From Mizuhopecten yessoensis (taxonomy: Eukaryota): a stretch of 64,000 nucleotides of DNA. Positions 27,859-39,737 of this stretch are shown here, piece by piece. The position numbers and the translations under genes were made by a program. The stretch lies in NCBI RefSeq assembly GCF_002113885.1, contig NW_018403537.1, positions 4,025 through 68,024 on the forward strand, in the 5' to 3' direction. The notes beneath the pieces are model-generated. The model ran no database searches. It saw only the letters and a program-made list of their open reading frames with translations, and was not told where the DNA came from. How positions within the stretch are numbered: position 1 is the first letter of the stretch; each line of letters begins with the position of its first letter.

Positions 27859-28075
27859 CTATTTAACACGTTGTATGTCCCTCACGGGCAAAAACCAATG
27901 CCATACCCTCTTCATCATACAACCCATCAGCCTATTTATTCTTTCAATAGAGATGTTATATAATTCCTCCAAAAGTGCCATCTGTGCGACGTTGCTTTGG
28001 GCGATGGTGCGTTTCCTAACTCGTCTGTCCAGTTCGTCCCACAAATGTTCAACCGGGTCCAATCTGGACTTTATG
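27859..28075 (-). mobile_element. Tc1-family transposase C-terminal remnant
   Basis: SRLDPVEHLWDELDRRVR...LLEELYNISIERINRLMGCM matches the Tc1 motif SPDLNPIE(H/N)LW and the C-terminal helices. Truncated and degenerate. Confidence 0.85.
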
Positions 28076-28560
28076 TTGTCGTCCACCTCTACCACGGTCC
28101 GTTACTGGTCCAGTGTGCCTGAGACCAAAGTCAAAATTAAGTCAAAATCTTTTATGTACCTTGTTTAATATAGAGCGTGAAACTATAGTGCATTGTTTAT
28201 GAGAATGTAAAGTTTTGCATGTAATAAGGAATCCTTCCTTTTTGGAATGATATCACAACACTCGAGCTATGTGGACAACAAATTTAAAAGACTAAATGCC
28301 TGAGCAACTCTTTGAATCTGAATGCACTTATTAATGTCATCAAAGATAACTTCCTTATTCAAAAACATATAGATAACAGTAAAAATGTCCACATTCAGAG
28401 GGAAATTTGAACTTTACTGGAGGAAATTGAAACCTTTATTAGAATTATAGTTGTCTAATTATGAACACTTTTTGAACAATTGCTATTATCGCAGGACCCT
28501 GACATAGCCTTATTAGCTTGTTGCATTGCATAAGTAATGCACATGAAATAATATCTCCCA

Positions 28561-28564
<4 letters not shown>

Positions 28565-28616
<52 letters not shown>
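28565..28616. repeat. (CT)n microsatellite, ~26 units
   Basis: Directly visible. Confidence 0.98.
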
Positions 28617-28618
<2 letters not shown>

Positions 28619-28652
28619 GTTTCATATGCAAATTAGAAATGTGCAGGCAAGA

Positions 28653-28797
28653 AATAGAATCCATAAGGTTATTCAAACCCTCGGGATAAAATATTGAGCA
28701 AAAGACCCTTGGCAAAGCCTCAGGTCTCCTGCTCAATATGTTATCCCTTGGCATTGAATAACCTTATCTATACCTCACATTAGGGATGGATTCTATT
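28653..28797. mobile_element. Palindromic non-autonomous element head (hairpin 1)
   Basis: Outer arms AATAGAATCCAT / ATGGATTCTATT, inner arms ATAAGGTTATTCAA...ATATTGAGCA / TGCTCAATAT...TTGAATAACCTTAT, centre GGCAAAGCC (28711-28719). Confidence 0.75.
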
Positions 28798-28864
28798 AAT
28801 CTTGCCCGTTTGGACTGATTCTTTTCACTGACAATACAACAATATGACAGAAATGATTCACGCA

Positions 28865-30972
28865 ATATGATCTATGTAGCAGAATGTGAAATCGTCGGTT
28901 CATTGTAATCCGGATTAGCGCGGATATACTTGTTGAATCGACAACGTCAGACTTTTATGTGCGCAGCAGCCTTTTCATCCAGTTCTATTTTCCGATCATT
29001 TGCTGTCATTAATTGTAAAGGTTCCAGAGACCGCCTCATATTTATAGTAAACATGTTGATATATATCGTGGTTAGACCAACGCATCTTAAAGAATAATAG
29101 CTCGAATTATTGACGACCTTATTATGGCACTATTTTTGTGCTGGTATACTTTTTTCTCATATCCGGTCATGTAAGATAACGCTGACCATGTAAGATAACG
29201 CTGACCATGTAATATAACGCTGACCATGTAAGATAACGCTGATCATGTAAGATAACTCTGGCCATGTAAGATAACGCTGATCATGTAAGATAACGCTGGC
29301 CATGGAAGATAACGCTGGCCATGTAAGATAACGCTGACCAAGTAATATAACACTGACCATGTAAGATAACGCTGATCATGTAAGATAACTCTGGCCATGT
29401 AAGATAACGCTGATCATGTAAGATAACTCTGGCCATGTAAGATAACGCTGACCATGTAAGATGACGCTGACCATGTAAGATAACACTGACCATCTAAGAT
29501 AACGCTGACCATGTAAGATAACGCTGGCCATGTTAGATAACGCTGACCATGTAAGATAACGCTGACCAAGTAAGATAACGCTGACCATGTAAGATAACGC
29601 TGGCCATGGAAGATAACGCTGGCCATGTAAGATAACGCTGACCATGTAATATAACGCTGACCATGTAAGATAACGCTGACCATGTAATATAACACTGACC
29701 ATGTGAGATAACGCTGATCATGTAAGATAACTCTGACCATGTAAGATAATGCTGACCATGTAAGATAACGCTGATCATGTAAGATACCGCTGACCATGTA
29801 AGATAACGCTGATCATGTAAGATAACTCTGGCCATGTAAGATAACGCTGATCATGTAAGATAACTCTGACCATGTAAGATATGATCTATGTAGCAGAATG
29901 TGAAATCGTCGGTTCATTGTAATCCGGATTAGCGCGGATATACTTGTTGAATCGACAACGTCAGACTTTTATGTGCGCAGCAGCCTTTTTATCCAGTTCT
30001 ATTTTCCGATCATTTGCTGTCATTAATTGTAAAGGTTCCAGAGACCGCCTCATATTTATAGTAAACATGTTGATATATATCGTGGTTAGACCAACGCATC
30101 TTAAAGAATAATAGCTCGAATTATTGACGACCTTATTATGGCACTATTTTTGTGCTGGTATACTTTTTTCTCATATCCGGTCATGTAAGATAATGCTGAC
30201 CATGTAAGATAACGCTGATCATGTAAGATAACTCTGGCCATGTAAGATAACGCTGACCATGTAAGATGACGCTGACCATGTAAGATAACACTGACCATCT
30301 AAGATAACGCTGACCATGTAAGATAACGCTGGCAATGTAAGATAACGCTGACAATGTAAGATAACGCTGACCATGTAAGATAACACTGACCTTGTAAGAT
30401 AACGCTGACCATGTAAGATAACGCTGCCCATGTAAGATAACGCTGGCCATGTAAGATAACGCTGACCATGTAATATAACACTGACCATGTAAGATAACGC
30501 TGATCATGTAAGATAACTCTGACCATGTAAGATAATGCTGACCATGTAAGATAACGCTGATCATGTAAGATAACGCTGGCCATGTAAGATAACGCTGACC
30601 AAGTAAGATAACGCTGACCATGTAAGATGACGCTGGCCATGTAAGATAACGCTGACCAAGTAAGATAACGCTGACCATGTAAGATGACGCTGGCCATGTA
30701 AGATAACGCTGGCCATGTAAGATAACGCTGGCTATGTAAGATAACACTGACAATGTAAGATAACACTAACCATGTAAGATAACACTGACCATGTAAGATA
30801 ACACTGACCATGTAAGATAACGCTGACCATGTAAGATAACGCTGATCATGTAAGATAACGCTGACCATGTAAGATAACGCTGACCATGTAAGATAACGCT
30901 GACTATGTAAGATAACTCTGACCATGTAAGATAACGCTGACCATGTAAGATAACACTGACCATGTAAGATAA
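28865..30972. repeat. Tandem duplication (period 1014 bp) of a ~300-bp spacer plus a 19-bp minisatellite array
   Basis: The spacer ATATGATCTATGTAGCAG...CTCATATCCGG starts at 28865 and again at 29879, near-identical. Each copy is followed by an array of TAAGATAACGCTGACCATG (29167-29880 and 30181-30972). Confidence 0.95.
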
Positions 30973-31829
30973 CAGGCCAATGAAAAGGTTTGTTACAAGC
31001 AAGATTAAATTATAACAGAATTACTGAACAAAATAAAGTTCGTTGATGACATGGATGGATAGTTATAGTACATGCTTGCTTCATTTGTAGTATCACATCT
31101 AAAGTGGGACCAATGTACGATTTCCCTGAATCCATTTATAATACTCGTTTTTGTTATCTCTACTGGTGCTGAGGGAATATAATTAGACGTTTTAAGGCGT
31201 TGATCAACTTTTGTTAAAAACAATCCTCAAATTTCACCCAGCCCTTCTCGCCTGTTGAGTGACGTTGACGTTAAAGAAACCACCAAGTGCCCAAAAAGCA
31301 CACCTTAAAAACCCAGGATTTTCGGATGACGTCGATTTCGGAAAAAATACATATTTTTATTGCGGGAATTCATTTTACGAAGTATTACTCTAATCCCGTT
31401 AAACACCTAATAATACATCCTACACTTCAGCCGAAGTCTAAACATTCGCACCGTTATCTAATGTTTAGGCCCTTGTGGGTTTTCAGAAATGAAGAAAGCA
31501 CTACGTACGTTTCAAACGAAATGAAATAGCTACCATGCGTATAACCAGCCAATCACAATTGGCGCTATAACCAAGAATTGTTTCTCCTCAAAATCAATCA
31601 ATGGAAATAAAATACGATCTCCTTTGCCTGTCATTAATGAAGATGATTAGGACACTAAAATAAATATTTGAGGATCGTTGCCAACAAGAATCGCGGTTTG
31701 TCTCAACTAGGGTCACATTACACACTAACAATTATTTGTCGTTTTGTTTTCTTTGATATATATGGGATTTCCGTCGGAGTTTTGTTTCATACCCGGTTTT
31801 TATGCATGTGTCAGCAACAAAGCTTGCAG

Positions 31830-32170
31830 GTAGGAGTGATTGTCGACAAAGCAGACACAAAATAATGGTTGTAAAAAACGAGACTGATATGGACGAATGG
31901 TTGTAGAAAATGAGACGGATATGAGGAAACGAGACTGAATTAAAGGGATGGCTGTAGAAAACGAAAGGGATGCTATATATATGGTAAGAGTATTAGAAAC
32001 AACACTTTGACTATGGATGGTTGCCGACAGCGAAAGTGTAAGAGATAGATAGTTCGTGAAAGACGAGACTGCTAAGGAGGTGTGCTGTCGGAAACCGAAA
32101 CTGGTAAACCGAGAGAGTCCTGAAAACAAGAATGAAAAAGTTGTATGGTTGTCAATGATGGTACTGAAAG
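31830..32170. repeat. Highly degenerate short tandem repeat
   Basis: Recurrent ATGG(T/C)TGTAGAAAA(C/T)GA / GAGACTG motifs. Confidence 0.5.
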
Positions 32171-32411
32171 AAAAGGATGGTTGATCTGACTTAGACAAAA
32201 TTCAACCGAAAGAATACCATCATGCCTACATACAAACGCAAAATATATAATGAATTTCCAAATAATTAAGTATCTACATGAACAACAAACGCAGGATTAA
32301 TATAGTCTATCATATACAGGTATTAGTGATTAGGAAAATCTACCCGAGGGTGAAAATTTAGGGTCAGAACTGAGGCTATACCGTGGTTCCATACCCGGAT
32401 TCTACATATGA

Positions 32412-32537
32412 GGGGCCGTGGTGACCTAGTGGTTAAGGCGTCTGACATTGCTACCACTAGCCCTCCACCACAGGGTCGAGGGTTCGAGGCCTACGTGGGA
32501 CAGTCGCCAGGTACCGGCCGTAGGTCGGAGGTTTTTC
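32412..32537 (+). mobile_element. tRNA-derived SINE 5' portion
   Basis: GGGGCCGTGGTGACCTAGTGGTTAAGGCG (A box) and GGGTTCGAGGCC (B box), followed by non-tRNA sequence. No acceptor stem. Confidence 0.8.
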
Positions 32538-32651
32538 AGAAGATGCATTACATACTGGTTGTTTAAAACATAAGTCAGTAGTTTGTCACAAAAATAGTCA
32601 ATAAATGTACATATTATTACGGATATCGAGTAAATCAACCGGAGGGTTATT

Positions 32652-32997
32652 TAAGGATTAACTTGAATATATTTTTTATGTTATTGAGATATAACACAAA
32701 AAATCGGAGTGTACTCTAAATAAACCGCGAAGCGCTTTATGATGAGAGTACACTCCGGTTTTTTGTGTTATAACTCCATAACATGAAAAATATATTCAAG
32801 TTAATCCTTATAATTTTATCTACTATACACAATCCCTGTGGAAATCCACTTTTATTGAGGGACTCTTTTCTCTTGGAAATTATTGCGCTGCAGTATCAGC
32901 CAATCAAAACCAACGTTACAAACGGCGACGTCATATTTTACGTTATGGACTGATAACATAAATGTTTAAGCCAATGTTACAAGCAAGATTAAATTAT
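32652..32997 (+). mobile_element. Palindromic non-autonomous element (hairpin 2, 32652-32810, plus body and tail)
   Basis: ~66-bp inverted arms TAAGGATTAACTTGAATATATTTT...GGAGTGTACTCT / AGAGTACACTCC...TCAAGTTAATCCTTA, centre GCGAAGC (32727-32733), tail TGTTACAAGCAAGATTAAATTAT. Confidence 0.8.
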
Positions 32998-33682
32998 TCA
33001 TGGATATCAATCGGGCGTGGAGATAATATAAACGTTATCTGTTTCAGGCTATATTCTAAAATGTTGGTCGTCTCACAGCAGGAAATAACCGACGTAAAAA
33101 ACTGCAATAATAGTGCTGTTCGGGCGTTATTATACATTTTGATGTTTCATTTCCTATTTTAAACTGCCCTGACAAGGCTGTTTTTTTTATATGATGGCAA
33201 CAAAACGATACCTTCAATATTACCGACTCGACTGACGGGCAAGGTGGTTAGCGGATATTTCATGAACATGTAATGTCTATGGTATACAGGTCAAGCACGT
33301 ATTTGTGACAGCGGCATGGCTGACACTTCAATCACAGATAAACGTCTCATTTGTAAGTCCAAAGCAACATATCACCCCCGATGGATTGGAATCTTGCTGG
33401 GGTTGCGGTTGGGTGGGGTGGGGGTGTCGGGCTTTGTGAACTTCGGATCTATTCTGGATAGGTGCAGCCACAGCATACTGGCAGAAGGAGAGGGACGTAC
33501 AAGACTGCATGAGAGCAATCCCACAAATCCTTTTATACCAGGGATTGTCGTATTTGCTACCATTGCGGTATATATGATAAATAAACATGTTTGATGGCAT
33601 ATTGGCGACAAAATCTGAACAACAATCCCAATTGAAAAAGGTGGATTTTGTTTTTATTCTTTCTTTACTTTTTCATCGGTAA

Positions 33683-33870
33683 TTGGGTGGCGCAGTGAAT
33701 AGCGTACTCAGCTGCCTTTCACCTAAACGGCCGGGGTTTGAATCAACGACCGGCTTTACCTATCTAACGCCTCCAGCACTCATACACACATATATGTACA
33801 TACATACACCCATACATGTAACACATAGGTATGTCACGCTAAACCCGGTAAAACCACAACCAAACCAAAT
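33683..33870 (+). mobile_element. Degenerate tRNA-derived SINE
   Basis: GTGGCGCAGTG (A-box-like), GGTTTGAATC (B-box-like) and an AACCAAACCAAA tail. Confidence 0.6.
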
Positions 33871-34871
33871 CGTGACCCGACTATTTATTTTTCTTGACAG
33901 ACATTCTTGTTTCTTCCAGAAATTCTTCCGGTTAATTTTTTAATCATATTTAGCTAAGCATTATTCATAAAAATGAACAACCGTTTCCTTCAAACGTTTG
34001 CTGGTTTCGTTGATAATTTATGATTAATCGCTTCGTTTTTCAATAAAACTAGTCATGCAGCAAAATATTTCTTTTCTTGCATAGTTACGGTGTTTAAGTG
34101 GTAATAGTGTCTTTAAGGATAAAACCATGGATATCTTAAGGGAACAGATATAGTTTAAGACGAACTCTGGAAACTAATTTGCATGATGAAAAGCGTCATT
34201 TTTCGCATCCATTTACAGACAACACTGAAAGTATGTGAAATGCTAAATAATTTGTTTTAGTTTTGTTTAACGTCGTATATGTACATGTCTCCCTTCTTTA
34301 GCTTAGTAAACACTGACTGCGTATTAAGTGGCGTATACGCAGTGAAAAAAGGCTCGGCGGATTGATACGTGTTTCAAATATGGCGCCGTTCACGCTTCAG
34401 CGAGATAACAGCCCAATGACAACAAATGCTTGGATTAGTCACCGTTTAGATACATAGAACATATTCAGGAACAATTATGTCCTATTATACAACAAAAGAA
34501 TGCTGACAAACTTCTTATTCTGTGGATGCATATTCCAATTTCTTTGGCGGTAACGTCAACAATGGCGGCTTCGTTCTGATCCCTCCATCCCATGAGCAGT
34601 GTGTCAATGCGCTTACATGACAACCGTTGTAAATTAAAAGAAAAGTTCGAAAGGCTTCTCACATTGCTTAATTTAAAATTTAAAAACCAGGAAAGGAAAC
34701 AAATAGTGTCGTTCTTTGCGTATTTTATAAAGTTACTCATATATCGATGTAGATTCACTGGAACTATATTGTCCTATCAACCACGTCTACCGTAGTTACA
34801 ATCGTGGCAACCCATTTCGACTTTTTTTCTCTGCGTAATGTACCGTTTAAACATTTTTTAAATGTAAATAT

Positions 34872-35027
34872 AAGGATTGACCTTGATTTTGACGGCGTAT
34901 ACGGTAGTATGAACGCAGTTGGCAACGAACATATTATTTATGGAGCGCTAACGCACACCATAGAATACGTTCGTTGGCAACTGTGTTCATTCTACCTTAT
35001 ACGCCGTAAAAATCAAGGTCAATCCTT
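34872..35027. mobile_element. Palindromic non-autonomous element (hairpin 3)
   Basis: ~64-bp inverted arms AAGGATTGACCTTGATTTTGACGGCGTATA... / ...TATACGCCGTAAAAATCAAGGTCAATCCTT, centre GCGCTAACGC. Confidence 0.8.
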
Positions 35028-35039
35028 GAATAAATAGCT

Positions 35040-35410
35040 AAGGTCATTTTAGGACGTACCTCCATGTGTGTAGTATATGTGAGCTTGCGTGTGTGTATGC
35101 AGGAGACAGAGTATGGTGGTGTGCTTGCTTCCTTGTGATAACGCGGATCTGATGCCGACTTTATAGTGCTATCTCACTCAAATACCATGCCGAAGGCACC
35201 CAGCACAGCATTCCGCCCGGTCACATTATACTGACAAAGGGTGAACCAGTTGTTGCCATTCCCGAAAATGCTGAATATTGAGCAGTGAATAATAGCTATC
35301 ATTTCTAAGGACTTTGGTATGTCCCGGATCGGGGACACAACCCATTGCCTGCCTCACCTGGGAGAACGCTCAACAAAAAGTGAGGTGTTGCCAAGCAAGG
35401 CACTAGGAAG
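35040..35410 (-). mobile_element. tRNA-derived SINE with conserved central domain (copy 1)
   Basis: Collinear with 63228-63490 (AAATACCATGCCGAA...CCCGGT...ATTATACTGACAA...AATAATAGCTA...GAACGCTCAA). Decayed A/B boxes lie at the right end on the minus strand. Confidence 0.7.
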
Positions 35411-35424
35411 TAAAACGTAGTTAG

Positions 35425-35620
35425 AAGTAGAAAGAAAGATAAAGATCCGATATATTGCAATGGGTGCAGCAGATTTATTTTGGTCGCTTTTGTGTCCCAA
35501 AATAGAGGACACCAAAGCAAATCCCCGATTCTGCGTGGGGATTTACTCATTAGTCGCCTCATACGATGCATGCAGGGATAACAGCAGATGTATTCTTGTC
35601 CCGATCCCCCACATGCAGGG
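35425..35620. repeat. Interspersed repeat fragment (SINE- or RTE-related)
   Basis: GTGCAGCAGAT(T/A)TATT also occurs at ~46626 and ~51284, and CGCCTC(A/T)TACGA also at ~46678. Confidence 0.6.
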
Positions 35621-36194
35621 AAGGTTTTCTAAGTAACTAATTCTGTTACACATTCGATCTAAGTCGACTTGAGGAAACGTTTGCCTGGCTTTGAAAATAT
35701 GCAATCTACGTACAAAAGCAGGAAAGAACTGTCTTAGTATATATTTTACACAATAAAGGGACGCATAATAAAAAAAAATCATTAACTAACAAAAAAGACC
35801 TCCTTGGTTTACACCTCTATCATTATTAGATGGGTTACTAGAGAGATACCGTCGGAAAGCAAGAGTGGGGAAATGAAAACAAATGTCAATCTAAAAGGAT
35901 GCAATTGGAACAGCAGATTAATAAAGCAGAAGAAATCTACAATTTCTGAGGGGTCACACATGTGTCGCCTCTTGCAATAACATGATGTGGGACCAGGCTT
36001 ATTATTCCCCCGAACCTGCAATGCTACATTTAGGTTGTTTGGATTTATATTGTTTCACATTCTTATAGCACAGTTAAGATCAGTTAAGTACGTGCATCTA
36101 GGTGTGCAATGCAAGCACGATGTGTGCTGAACGCATGGTATATTGGTGTATTTGTCTCCTTGTGATAGCAATGCCGAATTTGTAGTGTTGGTTT

Positions 36195-36370
36195 CAGAAA
36201 CGTCTGCCTCGTATTTTAAGTAACAATCAAAGTTTACACCTAGAAGTTTCACTACACTGTCGGGAGCAAAATCTGAGTCACCGACATTAAAACAATGTAA
36301 AGTATCAATAGAACACTTTCCTATAGGTATGACTTGACATTTATTCGGGCTTGTGTTCATCTGATTTGAT
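36195..36370 (-). mobile_element. CR1/L2-group LINE ORF2 fragment
   Basis: MNTSPNKCQVIPIG...DSVVKLLGVNFDCYLKY matches the post-RT motifs NPxKxQ...VKLLGVxID..L.F, the same region as seen at 2800-2970. Confidence 0.75.
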
Positions 36371-36707
36371 TTTAACCTGTCTTACAAAGTTTAAAAGTCA
36401 GTCTCAATATTTAAATGTAGTACGTAACCGTCCCTATTTCTTATTCTTGTCTTTCATAGAATAATGTTTTCCCGGCAAAAATCGTTTGCTTTCTTTTACA
36501 AATGTATGCCGTTTTCTTTAGATTTTATGTGGTAGAGGACGTTAGTAGAGGACGTTAGACCAACATACACTATACAAACATACAATTACTGTACGAATAT
36601 GTCTTCAAACACTATCATCAAAGCGTTACTTAATCTAACAACTGACGTATAAAATGTGTCGCAACGTTTCAGGTCGACTGGTCCCTTTAACAAGCGAAAC
36701 TGTAAAT

Positions 36708-37848
36708 GGACCAGTCGGTCCTGAATTCTGTTTGACTAAGGGACTAGTCGGTCTTGAATTCTGTTTGACTTAGGGACCAGTCGGTCTTGAATTCAGCTTT
36801 TCTATTTAGGGACCAGACGGTCTTGAATTCAGCTTGACTAAGGGACCAGTCGGTCTTGACTTCAGCTTTTCTATTTAGGAACCAGACGGTCTTGAATTCA
36901 GCTTGACTAAGGGACCAGTCGGTCTTGAATTCAGCTTTTCTATTTAGGAACCAGACGGTCTTGAATTCAGCTTTTCTATTTAGGGACCAGTCGGTCTTTA
37001 ATTCAGTTTGACTTAAGGACCAGTCGGTCTTGAATTCAGCTTGACTAAGGGACCAGTCGGTCTTGAATTCAGCTTTTATATTTAGGAACCAGACGGTCTT
37101 GAATTCAGCTTCACTAAGGGACCAGTCGGTCTTGAATTCAGCTTTTCTATTTAGGGACCAGACGGTCTTGAATTCAGTTTCACTAAGGGACCAGTCGGTA
37201 TTTAATTCAGCTTTTCTATTTAGGGACCAGACGGACTTGAATTCAGCTTGACTAAGGGACCAGTCGGGCTTGAATTCAGCTTTTATATTTAGGAACCAGA
37301 CGGTCTTGAATTCAGCTTGACTAAGCAACTAGTCGGTCTTGAATTCAGTTTTCAATTCAAGGACCGGACGGTCTTGAATTCAGCTTCACTAAGGGACCGG
37401 TCGGTCTTGAATTCAGCTTCACTAAGGGACCAGGCGGTATTTAATTCAGCTTTTCTATTTAGGGACCAGACCGTCTTGAATTCAGCTTGACTAAGGGACC
37501 AGTCGGTCTTGTATTCAGCTTTTCTATTTAGGGACCAGACGGACTTGAATTCAGCTTGACTAAGGGACCAGTCGGGCTTGAATTCAGCTTTTATATTTAG
37601 GAACCAGACTGTCTTGAATTCAGCTTCACTAAGGGACCAGTCGGTATTTAATTCAGCTTTTCTATTTAGGGACCAGACGGACTTGAATTCAGCTTGACTA
37701 AGGGACCAGTCGATCTTGAATTCAGCTTTTCTATTTAGGAACCAGACGGTCTTGAATTCAGCTTGACTAAGCGACTAGTCGGTCTTGAATTCAGTTTTCA
37801 ATTTAAGGACCAGACGGTCTTGAATTCAGATTGACTTAGGGACCAGTC
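36708..37848. repeat. Minisatellite of mostly alternating 33-bp and 36-bp units (~33 units)
   Basis: GGGACCAGTCGGTCTTGAATTCAGCTTGACTAA (33) and GGGACCAG(A/T)CGGTCTTGAATTCAGCTTTTCTATTTA (36). Confidence 0.95.
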
Positions 37849-38984
37849 TTACGTGGATAAAATCTCGAGTTCAATGCATACATTTTATGATAAACTGTGT
37901 ATCATCTATATACAGATACAACAAAAAGTAAACTAAACTTCCAAATGACCTCGAGGCTCAATGGCCATCGATCGCAAAATACTTGGTCTGTAACAAACGT
38001 GAACAAAAAAGGATTTGCGCGTAGGAATACAATGAACCTTTAAACTTTGTAGATTTTTTGTTAAACAATCGTACCGGCATTGGCTTCTCCATGGTGCAAA
38101 CGGTGTTGTCATCCTCACAATATTTTTTTCGTATATATTTGTTTATGACAGACGATTTTCTTACGTGGATATTTTGCGTGAATACCGTTTTTCCTTTTTA
38201 GGACATGACCTAGCGCTAGCAGACCTCCTTTATACTGAAAATACAATAATTAGTTGGTTGCCATGACGTGATGGAAAGTCGCTGACCGGCTGATCATGAT
38301 GCGACCTTCACCTTCACCGACTTCACCGGACAGCTGTGTTTTGCAACCACTGTTCAGACCGATGCTACTTTTTGCAACATTATTCTTCACACATGGTATG
38401 TACACTGTAGGCGAATGCTCGACATCACTTTTATTTTTTGAAAGCAGACGACATTTTGCAGACCAGAAACAACTGAACACGTGTGACGTCAGATACGATG
38501 TTTAGTTCAATCAATCAAACATTGGCACGCTATCGAAATCGTTCGTCAAATATATACACACACTGCACACTTCGTGAAATGTACGGCACTACCCAGTGAA
38601 GTAAAAACAGAAGTAATTAATAATTTACCATTTTGTTTTCAGACCTGTACATTTTAAATGTCAATAATTAATAAACCATTTTCACTGCACGGACCCACAT
38701 ACTTTAGGTCTATAGACCGTGTAATCTTTTGAATGGCAGGCCTGTCAAATATTTTGATCCCGCCTGACAGTTATGCTATTTTTGTTAATTCATGATATAT
38801 ACGGGGATGTTTTTGGAACAGCATGCGTGCGCACTATTCCACGTGCGTTGGTTATTGGCATTGGTTATTGGCACGCGCATGGTATATCGCTCAATAATAC
38901 ACTCTATCACAGACGTGGTAGAATTACAGATATTTACAGTACGATTGAAGACTACAGAAAAAGACAAATACTACACAAAAATAC

Positions 38985-39715
38985 GTATGTATAGGTACAT
39001 TGAAAAGCAGTATATTTCCAGTACATTTTAAATATGAAAGTGGATATTATATGTAAGGGTTAACATTTGAAAATTAACAGATTTTCAGTATATTTATAGA
39101 TATTCTATGGAATTATAGTTTAGTATACACGTGTGGAGAGCAATGTATTTGCAATTAAATTTACTTCTGGTATAAAATGGTATAATACATAGTTATGCAT
39201 TTGAAGAGAAGTGAACTTGCATATATTAAATGGAACCATATATGTATCAATATGCATGTGGAAAGCAGTGTATTTTCAGCACATTTGAAGATACACTATG
39301 GAATAATCATTGTAGATATTACAAGGGGAAAACATACGAAACAAGTATGCATTGAAAGAGCAGTATAGATTTATAGTACAACTTCAGATAAATTTTGGTA
39401 TAATACAGCACATATGTATACGTTTGAAAGCAATGTATTTATTGATTAATACATAAGTATACATATTTGGAGAGTAATATGTTTCCATTAGACTTTTTTT
39501 GCTGATATATTGTGGAATAATAGGTATGCGTTAGGTGAGCGATATATTCCAGTACATTTGAAGATATACTATGGAGAATTGCATATGAATGTATACACTT
39601 GATATGTGTTAACATTTACAGTGTATTTTCAAATACAACACGGAATAATACATCGTTATGAATTTTAAGAGATGTTTAGTATAATTTCAGTACATTAAGT
39701 TTTATTACGGAGTAT
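38985..39715. repeat. Old degenerate ~66-bp tandem repeat
   Basis: Recurrent CATTTGAAAAGCAGT(A/G)TATTT...CAGTACATTTGAAGATA...ATGGAATAAT-like units at about 38998, 39064, 39130, 39198, 39255 and onward. Confidence 0.7.
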
Positions 39716-39737
39716 ATACCGATACGAGAGGGAGCAC

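Noticed and set aside
29157-31002. Many overlapping ORFs up to 208 aa
   Set aside because: Artefact of a 19-bp unit without minus-strand stops: all three frames give the same 19-aa cycle.
32412-32500. tRNA gene
   Set aside because: A and B boxes are present but there is no cloverleaf or acceptor stem, and it continues into SINE-like sequence.
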